DNA of 64,000 nucleotides from Schmidtea polychroa. Its lineage: Eukaryota. The first letter of the stretch is position 1. Every line of letters starts with the position of its first letter. Below the pieces are notes generated by a model, which saw only the letters and a list, made by a program, of their open reading frames with translations, made no database searches and was not told where the DNA came from. A program made the translations under genes and the position numbers. The stretch is taken from NCBI GenBank assembly GCA_044892525.1, contig CM097887.1, positions 8,246,001 to 8,310,000 on the forward strand. Reading direction: 5' to 3'. Positions 54,992 through 64,000 of this stretch are shown piece by piece.

Positions 54992-55109
54992 TTGAGATAC
55001 TCCATGTCATGGTGTGAGGTGCCTTCGGGAGCTCAGCCGGTGGACATGGAGTATTTCAATCACGCAGCTAGATTGGGCCGAAATGTGAAGGCTTCTTCAC
55101 GGGTCCAAT
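54992..55109 (+). other. Two adjacent strong predicted hairpins
   Basis: ttgagatactccatgtc / gacatggagtatttcaa stem with an inner cTTCGg loop (54992-55059), then attgggcc / ggtccaat with an inner gtgaag-gctt-cttcac (55072-55109). Confidence 0.55.
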
Positions 55110-56400
55110 TGCTGAAGGACTTAAAATCTGTCAGAGTACCGAAATATAGACCGAAAGGAAACCTTATGAAATTTTCGAAAATAGGATATGTGCTTCACAG
55201 CGACTGAGGGAGTTCTCCTATTAACTCTGTATTGTCCAGAGTCGTCTTATAAGACATTCATGCCACTTCTGTCTATAAATCCGAACTTACCATGTGGGGG
55301 AAGATACCATTAAACATCCATCGCTGGTTTTTCTAACATATCGAGAAGTTGAAATTGCATTCGGTAGATTTTTGAAAAAGTAAATCTAATTTAGGTCATC
55401 TCTTTCAGATGCGACATCCAAATCTTAGCATATGATGAGGAATTTACAATAAAGGAAAAGTAAAACATAAAACCACAATAATACTGTATTCAATCACATA
55501 TATTAACAAAATCTGGTAATACCCATTGAATAATTTTCATGCTGTCGCGTCGAAATATCCACTACTGAAATATGCTTCATAGAGTCTAGTTGGCTGGTTC
55601 GTAGAGATCTTCCATCGTTCAAAAGCATCCAATATTGAGGAAATTACGAGTCGTAGTAAATAAATCCAACATCATAAGCTCAGATGGGAATCGACACGCG
55701 ATGTAACATTTGCAGTTCGCTCAGTACGGTTGATAGTTACAGATAAAATTTCCATCGAATAGGCACCCATACATACAGACATACTGCTAACATAACTATG
55801 AGTAGCGTCATCCGGTCAGAAATATGCATGAGAAACAGCAGAATCATTCCGAATGCCTCTCACCGCAGGGAATGCCGCCATGTGTCACCCTCTCTAAGAT
55901 TCTTAGTGTGTGAGTAGTAATCAGTGGTCCTATTAGATAATGCTGACATGAGATGTGACTTCCAGATGACTGACTCTTAAATTTCACTACTGATAAAGGT
56001 CATTCGTACCACTAAAAAGATAAGCCAAAATAACCAGTAACCGACTACTAAGATAAGAGACTCTCTAAAGTGCACTCATTAAAGATAATTTTGCTTAAAT
56101 TAAATATTCTAAATAAAAATCGAAATTGTTGAAGGGGTATTTTAATTAATAACCGAAAATTCAAACCAAACTTTATAACTAAACCATAGGAAGTTTCACC
56201 TAAGTGTTGTAGAGGTTTATCGTAATTCTGATTAGATGTTACAAATAATAGTAGTAGCCTTTGAGCCAAATTTAAATTAACTAAAGCATCCACAGGAATT
56301 TTTGGGTTATAAAATAGCTAGTAATATTGTACTTAAATTTCTCATATTCCATGTAAACTACGTATCGCAATAGAAAACTAAATCCGATAACAAATTATTA

Positions 56401-58261
56401 TGTAATTACAATGTTTTTTTACGATGCCATATTTCTACGACGATATCACCGTATGGTATGGATAAGGGGTGATCATAAAATAGTGACGTATAGTTTATAC
56501 GAAATTACGAGTTGTTACTTATTCCGCTACTCGAGGTAAGGGTGCAAGTTTTTACTAGTCGCATTTGGTCCAAAAACCTTATTTTGCATTAGAATAACAA
56601 CAAATAATCAGCGAAATTTAAACGAAGTGTAGTATAGTGTATTTGTAATGAAATAGGTTTATTCACTCCGGCATGAACAAATCCGTAAATTGCCTTTATG
56701 TGCGATAGATAGAAATCCAACTCGAACGCGATAGACGAAAATTAAAATTTTTACAAATAATTTGCATTCGTCAGGGAAGCAATCAGGGCGTTGAGGAATA
56801 ATTTTTGTAAAGGATACGTAAAATATTAGTAATCAAGGGTGAAGGGAAGGATCCTGTTTCATCGACTCGTCTTGTTTTCTTCCAGCACTAAGTATCCAAT
56901 AGCGAATAAACCGTATATCTGATCCGAAATTTTTAGATATAGTCACCATAGTTTTCTTCTTTAGCCATCCATTATGTTATCAAACAACAAATCAGCTTTA
57001 CGTCCCTGCTTCTCCTGCTCAGATAAAAATGCAGTGATTAAAGATCTTCAAGCCCAGATCGGTCGATATAAACGAAAAATCGACGAGCTGGAAGGGACAT
57101 GGTTTAGTCCCGCTCGGATGAAGGAGATCCAAAAGAAGCTCGATCGTAGCGAGCATTGCCGGGACGCGCTAATATCTGAGAGCCGTGCCCAAAGAAGTCT
57201 AATCAGAGAACAATCCGAGGCACTGCATAAGGTTTACGTGCAGGCGGCTACAACCCGAAAGATCGTGCAGATTCCCATCCGAGAGGCCGATGACATCTTT
57301 CCGCCTCATCACAACCTTTCCTCGAATCCATCTCCACCGTTCAAGAGACCGTGCCGAGACTGCGTCGAAACCGAATGGTCCCCCAAGCGTCCAGATGTTG
57401 TCATCACGGGTACCAGTAAGCCCCCCACTGCTAGTCCATCTGTATCAGTCACCCTTCTACAAGTGGCATCTTCAAACAAACCCAAGCGCAAACAACTCTC
57501 TCGAGCAGAGCGCAAGAAGAGACAGCGCGAGCGCGCCACTGCAAAGCCAAACATCCCATCAACAGAGGACTCAACCAACGGTGGTAACTCTCACGTGTCC
57601 ATCGACCTAACAACGGGACCCTCAGCGCGAATCATATCAGCCGCTGGCGTAAGGTGGGAAGAGAACGCTTCCGAGTTTTTCAACCTCGACGAATTATTCG
57701 CCGACACTGAATGGGAGAAACAATAAAACCCCAGTGGCGGTCAGGATGAGGAACAAGGATCCGATCTATGTTGATTATGATGTTTTCTCTTCTTTCGACA
57801 AACATTAGTAAAGTGTACAGCTGAATCCTGGTGTCATAACGTTGAAATTAATAAATCTTGTTGTCTTACACGTTTTCGTTCATGAATAATTAGACTTTAA
57901 TTAAGTGGGTTGAGTAGAGAACCCGCAAGATCTAGTGAGAATTTCCCAATTTGCATTCAGCGAATTCCTGATAGGTGGTTGTGTAAGGAAATGGACGTAA
58001 GCCCTTCTATCGGCAGTCGTGAATGGGAAGTCGAGGCCTCAGCAAGGAGTAGTTTTAAGGCAGAAGCTCACCTGCTTGCTGGCGTCTCGCCTGCATAGTG
58101 CAGTACCAACGTGAAGTGATTCACGGGCACTATGTTGGAAGAAAGTTATGTGGGGTTTCACTCCAGGTTGACAAATCGGTGGCACCTTTTATTCGAGATG
58201 GACAATCAACCCTTAGACCCGCCAACATGGTAGAATGGTCAGCCGAGGTGTGACCCCAACA
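56401..58261 (+). mobile_element. 5' LTR (~1.86 kb) of a complex Ty3/gypsy element, containing an ORF
   Basis: Starts TGTAATTACAAT (cf. TGTAATAACATT at 17990) and ends CCCCAACA just before a PBS; same layout and length as 17990-19837. The left boundary is inferred. Confidence 0.65.
56974..57726 (+). CDS. Intact 250-aa PCFSC/EGTWF-family protein (coiled coil, CxxC, basic tract, acidic C-terminus)
   Basis: Open ATG-TAA frame, GC-richer than its flanks, with motif-level conservation across two diverged paralogues in the window. Confidence 0.85.
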   Translation: MLSNNKSALRPCFSCSDKNAVIKDLQAQIGRYKRKIDELEGTWFSPARMKEIQKKLDRSEHCRDALISESRAQRSLIREQSEALHKVYVQAATTRKIVQIPIREADDIFPPHHNLSSNPSPPFKRPCRDCVETEWSPKRPDVVITGTSKPPTASPSVSVTLLQVASSNKPKRKQLSRAERKKRQRERATAKPNIPSTEDSTNGGNSHVSIDLTTGPSARIISAAGVRWEENASEFFNLDELFADTEWEKQ

Positions 58262-58268
58262 TGATTTT

Positions 58269-58286
58269 TGGGGGCTCAGCCGGGAT
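58269..58286 (+). promoter_or_regulatory. Primer-binding site complementary to tRNA-Pro
   Basis: TGGGGGCTCAGCCGGGAT matches the canonical tRNA-Pro PBS TGGGGGCTCGTCCGGGAT at 16/18 and lies 7 nt after the LTR-terminal CA. Confidence 0.85.
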
Positions 58287-58603
58287 CTACAATCGATCGA
58301 AATTTCTATTAACGAATGCGAAATTCACCGAGATTTTCATAAAAAATTAAAGGGATTTATCACATCGATTTTCTGTTTTCGACCGACCATTGCTTGACGA
58401 ATGCCAATTGACTATTGATTATTAAATTATATTAGGAACTAAGTAGAGAAAATCAAAATGTGGATAATAGAAAAATTAAGGATATATATAAATAAAGGAG
58501 ATAAAGTAGTCAAATTAAATAATTAACAATGGTTAAAGAAACCAATTAACGAATTAACTATTAATTTACTACATATTATTAAAACATTACTTTTCCAACA
58601 GCT

Positions 58604-59089
58604 ATGACAGAATTCGCGAACCAAATGCAACAACTGCTCAAGTTTATCGATATAGAAAACGACTCCCTAACAACACTGACGCATAAAAGAGAAAAAATCA
58701 ACGCGATATTACTGCAAGCAATCGGACAAACACCAGTCGTACCTAATCATCTGATATTAGCCACAGGCCTAAGTCGCCCAGATGGAAAAATAAACCCCGA
58801 AACCGTATATCAGTGGTATCAAGAGAGATTGAACCACCCAGCATTAAATCTAGATTATCAGCGTCTAAAAGACTCACTAAATACAATACCAGATGCAATC
58901 GAACAAAAAATACAGGAAAAAGTTAACCAATTACGAACTTGTATAGCCTGTAAACTCCGTCCTATTCGCGTATTATTCTTGCCGTGTGGACACCTCAGTC
59001 ACTGTGAAGAGTGTGTAAAAGACCTAAAAAGATGCACGATGTGCAAATATGAAATAAAAGAGACCCATATGGTCTATTATGGCGAATGA
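58604..59089 (+). CDS. 161-aa protein with coiled coil and C-terminal IAP/MDM2-type C3HC4 RING finger (putative E3 ligase, no BIR)
   Basis: CIAC-x11-CGH-x3-CEEC-x6-CTMC; a pyrimidine tract and AG lie directly before the ATG; AATAAA at ~59194. Confidence 0.85.
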   Translation: MTEFANQMQQLLKFIDIENDSLTTLTHKREKINAILLQAIGQTPVVPNHLILATGLSRPDGKINPETVYQWYQERLNHPALNLDYQRLKDSLNTIPDAIEQKIQEKVNQLRTCIACKLRPIRVLFLPCGHLSHCEECVKDLKRCTMCKYEIKETHMVYYGE

Positions 59090-59705
59090 AACGGCCGGCG
59101 ATGTAACAGCAAGTATACGATGTTTGAACAAGAATGCATGAAATTGTTGAAGTAACACGTACTGTTAATGATTCAATCTTTATGTTTATGATAAATAAAT
59201 TCGTCTTTAAAAAGTTTTGATGATTAGGACTAATAAAATTTGCATGACGAATGAATATTTGCGTGTTTGTTTTGTTTTATTTTTTTTGTGGAATCAAATG
59301 AAGAGAGGGTTGAATAACGTGGAATTAGTCCCAATATAGACCGCAGGGGTACAAACCGAGCCACCTTCGGGCGGTACGTCTTATTGCAAGAACCCGTTGG
59401 GAGGGGATAACTGATCAACCCAAGTAAGAAGCGTAGGGCGGGGTACCATCGCATATGATGAGAAGTTTTTGCGACATGACTGATCACCATGCAAATGTAG
59501 AAATGGATCATCGCGATCGTCGTGCGTTTTGAGCAAGGGGGGAAAGGGGAAACACTCCCAAGCGGTAAAGATTAAGTCGACAAATTAAAAGTAGACAGAG
59601 AAAATGGTAAACTAGAGTAAAAGAAGAAAAGAGAAATAGAAGCATGCAGAGCGAGGAATATTGAAGCCGAGCTGTCGAATAATCCAGCCGGTCAAGGAGG
59701 AAGAC

Positions 59706-60179
59706 TGAGCTGTTGAATAGTGCCAGCCAGTCGTAAGGTCGAGTTGTGAAAAGTCCAACCGATCAGGAAGGAGGAAGATTGAGCTGTTGAATAGTGCCAG
59801 CCAGTCGTAAGGTCGAGTTGTGAAAAGTCCAACCGATCAGGAAGGAGGAAGATTGAGCTGTTGAATAGTGCCAGCCAGTCGTAAGGTCGAGTTGTGAAAA
59901 GTCCAACCGATCAGGAAGGAGGAAGATTGAGCTGTTGAATAGTGCCAGCCAGTCGTAAGGTCGAGTTGTGAAAAGTCCAACCGATCAGGAAGGAGGAAGA
60001 TTGAGCTGTTGAATAGTGCCAGCCAGTCGTAAGGTCGAGTTGTGAAAAGTCCAACCGATCAGGAAGGAGGAAGATTGAGCTGTTGAATAGTGCCAGCCAG
60101 TCGTAAGGTCGAGTTGTGAAAAGTCCAACCGATCAGAAGGAAGAAGATTGAGCTGTTGAATAGTGCCAGCCAGTCGTAA
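59706..60179 (+). repeat. 74-bp tandem array (6 full units + 31-bp partial) in the retroelement leader
   Basis: Units start at 59706, 59780, 59854, 59928, 60002, 60076 and 60149; a degenerate half-unit lies at ~59668-59705. Confidence 0.97.
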
Positions 60180-60834
60180 AGACCTAGAAAAGCGAGAGAT
60201 AGCAGTTAAGCTACAATGAGATAATATTTAAATTACTAGTGATATGGAATATTAAAGCTAGCTAGAACAAATGGAATGTAATTTTGAAAATTCGAGTTTA
60301 GAGAGGAAATAAACGAGCTCGTGGAAAAGAAAATAAGATTATAAGGAAAAAGGAAAGGGAAGAAGGAAACGAATTAAAGAGATAATAGAAAATAAAGAAT
60401 AGATGAAATGATGATAATGAGTAAAGAGGAAAGTAACTAACTAATTAAAGGGATCCCAGTGAAGTAGAGAAACTCTACGGAATATTTTTTTTGGTTAAAC
60501 CGGGAAAATGCATTTTATTGGTTCCAGAGTAGAACCGAGCGTAATAATAGTGAATATGAAAAGTAAAATAGCGACAACAGCGCAAAAGGATTAGGAAAAT
60601 GAAAGGGGGGTAATAAGCAGAGACCGACAACGACCTATTTTTACTATAATTGATAACGAATAGATAATTATTACGACTTTATAGATAATTGTTACTACCC
60701 CATATAGATAATTTAAAATCGACGGAAAATACGGGCTGATGGGATATTATAAACCGCAGACAGGATTTCACAAAAGATAGGGGAAGCACAAACAGAAACC
60801 TAAAAGGTGTCTGTTTTTGAATGTTGTAGAAAGA

Positions 60835-63800
60835 ATGATGAAGTCGTGTAAGCAAATGCAACACGAGATCATTTTTTCATTTTAGATATCAAGCCAATCC
60901 AGCCAACCAAGACAATCCAGAACCTGCATAAAGGAATTCGAAGAAATCGACAATCAACCAAGGATAAATCCATTCAGAACCCGCACCGAGAGACACAGCA
61001 ACCGGAAGACTCCCGAACGGAAGAAGTATTAGCAGCCATCTGCCAAGGATTAGAAACACAATCAGAACCGAACGCGACCAATTCAATAGCCGCTAATTAC
61101 CAAGAAGCGTAAGAAAGGAATCACGGATAAACCCAATCTTAGATCTTCAAGTAAGCCAGGAGACGTATTATTTTCAGGAGACGAATTACAACAACTCAAA
61201 AGAGGACGATCCATTAAACATCAAAGAGGAATATCACAAGGATCCAGAAGAACCAATCAAGTACCCATATTTGACCAAGAAAATCTCGGATATACCCCTA
61301 GTCGATCTCGAAGTAGAGAAAGTCTGTCCGATATCACTAATAGTTTAGCAACGTCAACCGAAGAATTACCAGCCCAAAGTTTAGTCACATCGTTAGACAA
61401 TTTAAAAGAAACAGACGAACCTAGAACACCAATCATGACGAATGTCGTAAAAACCGACGAGTATAAAGAGAAGTTCAGAGGAGAACCGTTCAACGGAAAT
61501 GCAAACAAGCTAGCAACGTTCATAACTAATTTTGAAGTTTATATCACTGTGTGTGGATGGACACCCGAAGCAATTAGTAAAAGGATGCCGTTGTTTTTGT
61601 GCGATAGTGCATTAGAGGTATATTTAGAAGCTAAAGAGAGAGACACGAAATTAGAAAAGTGGGAAGATATTAAAACATTCCTGAAGAAAACCTTCGGAGC
61701 CAGTAAGCCAATCAACCAGGCGTTGGGCGAACTAGCAAATAGGAAACAAAGAGCAAACGAATCGATAACATTATATGCCAGTGAATTGCGGAGATTAGCG
61801 AAGAAAGCAATGAATGGAAAATTACCCGAAGAAAATCTGATCGGTTATTTCATAGAGGGATTACGCCGAGAAGAAGTAAGAGCCTCAGTAGGTTGTCAAA
61901 TGTGCAAAACATTAGAGGAAGCCATAGATTGGGCTACAAGATGCGAGCTCCACCTTCCAGCTCAAATGAATATTATGCAAGAGGAGGGAAGGATAGCGAC
62001 AGCAATAGCGAAAGCGGATAACGGAGATAACAACAATCAAGAACCGAAAATGAATCAATTTATACCAGGAGCGCACCAAATTTTCAAACCACCACAAGGA
62101 CGATCAAACGGGAATAATGGTAATCGTAACAACCCGAATAATGAGAACAATTTCAATAATCGGCGAAATATGAACGATAACAAGCAGTGCCGAACATGCG
62201 GTAAACCAGGACACTGGGACAGAGATTGTTATAGAAATTCAAATTGTAATCGTTGCGGACGGCGTGGACATACCGAAAATGTATGCCAATTGCGAGGCTG
62301 TTTTAACTGTGGTCAGCCAGGTCACATCTCCAGAGATTGCCGAGAAAGGGGCCAACAACAACGACCACCACAGCGAAATAATAATTATATAGCGAATCCG
62401 CAACGACAAAGTAACCCTAACGAAGGAAAACAAATGAACGTTATGCAGGAAATTTCGCAGATGAAACAGATGATGCAACAAATGATGAGACCAAGACAAG
62501 AATCAGCACCACAACAAACCCAGAATATACGTATGATGAGGAGTACCGAAAATCTCAACAATTATGAAGTGCATCAACATGTACAAGAATGGCAAAGGCT
62601 ACAGGCCGAGGAAGAGAGGATAAAACAAGAACGCAACCAACAACGACAAGAACAACCATTGCGAATAAATATGATGAAGTTAGTAAAAGACATGAAGAGC
62701 CAGTATTGCTACAATTACGGGAAAAGCCCAAGGGTAGTACCCATGACTGAACCAGAAAAAGTAAAGGAAATAACAACGGAAATGAAAACAGAGAATTCAA
62801 CCACGATTTCAAAAGGAAACCAGAGAATTCAGAAAATATTCTGGAAAAAGATAAAGGATAAAATCGAAAAAGAACATAATAAAGCGAAAACCGAGACAGA
62901 AGATGAAAATAACAAGAGCAAGGAACAAACCAGTCAACTAAACCACCAAATGCTACAAGAATCAGAATCAGAAGAAACAACAATATTCGAAAGAAAGAAA
63001 CTAAAGAGAGTACCAAGGATGAGAAACTTGCAAATCAATATGATGAAAAGGACAAAAGATGAAGCATCGTCAGACGAAGAAGAAGATTATGTAAGTAGTT
63101 TGGGTGGAGAAATACTACAGCCGAATGAAATAAGCGAACCCCCAAAAGGGGAAATCAAAGAGGAAGAAAGCGGAAACGAGATAACCAGTGAAAGTGAAGA
63201 CGAAGATATCGAAATAAAGTTGAGAAAAGCAAGGGAGGAAGCGATAAAACAGGTAGCCGAAATACTCCCAGTAGTAGTGAGAAACCAAGAGTTCATCGAC
63301 GTAATACCATTCAGGCGATTCGTGCAAAAAGTGATGAAATTGGAAAGAAACGAGAAAGATCTAATACCAAACGAGGAAAAATCAATTATAAAAAATTATA
63401 TGGAAAAAATGAAGCAGGCCGATACCACGCGGTATGTAATAAAAATTGGAACGAGTAGAGGACTTGAAAGAATGTGGATAAAAAATACAGTCACCGACGA
63501 ACTTTTCGATTGGATACGAGAACATTTGGGAAGTTCGAGAAAGAAAGAATATCTGTATCAATACCAAGGAGAACAGATCAAACCAGATATGCACTTAGTA
63601 GATGCACTAATATGGCCAGGAGAAACGCAAATACTGAAGTTGCATAAAGAAAAACAACCAGCCAACCTTTACGATTGGGCTAAAGATGCCAAGGCAGAAT
63701 ATGATTTTAATATCAAATTGAAATTAGAACAAATAAAACAATGTACTCTGAGACGAAACCTGGATAAGCTGATCAAACAAATTCAAGAACAAGTAGAAGA

Positions 63801-64000
63801 CAACTGGGATTTACTCATCACCAGACGAGCCCCAGCCATGTACGAACTAATGAGCCGGTTGCGAGATACAGAAATGCTCCGAATGAGTGATTGGAGAACC
63901 ATAAATTTGATCCACAAATATGGAAGGTTAAAAGAAACCCAGCCACAGAGGTTGGAAATAACCATATGGTTACCGAACGAAGAAAAACGACGAATAAAAA
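60835..64000 (+). CDS. gag: Ty3/gypsy Gag polyprotein, spliced 5' end (exons 60835-60847, 60886-61108, 61143->64000), runs off the window
   Basis: Capsid-like region (FNGNANKLATFITNFE...GW...RKQRANESITLYASELRRLA) and three CCHC knuckles at 62188-62340. The frame is open from 61090 to 64000 and the first in-frame ATG without splicing is 61435. The ORF track misses it because it has no stop in the window. Confidence 0.9.

Noticed and set aside
55110-55160. Possible hammerhead ribozyme (ctgaagga...gaaa)
   Set aside because: The core deviates from CUGANGA and the required stems are not evident.
59706-60179. Regularly spaced repeats resembling a CRISPR array
   Set aside because: The units are contiguous and identical with no unique spacers, there are no cas genes, and the context is eukaryotic.
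60889-63965. Numerous minus-strand hydrophobic ORFs
   Set aside because: Antisense shadows of the purine-rich gag frame, with no independent motifs.

Overview
AT-rich eukaryotic (probably invertebrate metazoan) genomic DNA, not prokaryotic: no rRNA, tRNA or CRISPR was found. Only one clear host gene is present, an intronless LARP1 homologue (35065-37170). The rest is a dense, nested transposon field. It holds full-length but frameshifted Tigger (3404-5800), hAT/Buster (14096-16824), intron-containing piggyBac (23738-26467) and Phantom-type Mutator (40318-42389) elements, each with recognisable TIRs and TSDs. It also holds MITEs, a non-autonomous Helitron, and Tc1, hAT, BEL/Pao and Ty3/gypsy remnants. 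The most notable structure is a complex, retrovirus-like Ty3/gypsy element at 56401 to >64000. It has a ~1.85-kb LTR that contains a 250-aa ORF of an unrecognised family, with two more decayed paralogues at 18510 and 22852, and a tRNA-Pro PBS. Its leader carries a RING-finger ORF and a 74-bp tandem array. Its gag has a 5' end assembled by two tiny GT-AG introns, and after three zinc knuckles the frame runs ~550 more codons, including a ubiquitin-like domain, before the window ends. All alignments were done by eye and no database searches were run.
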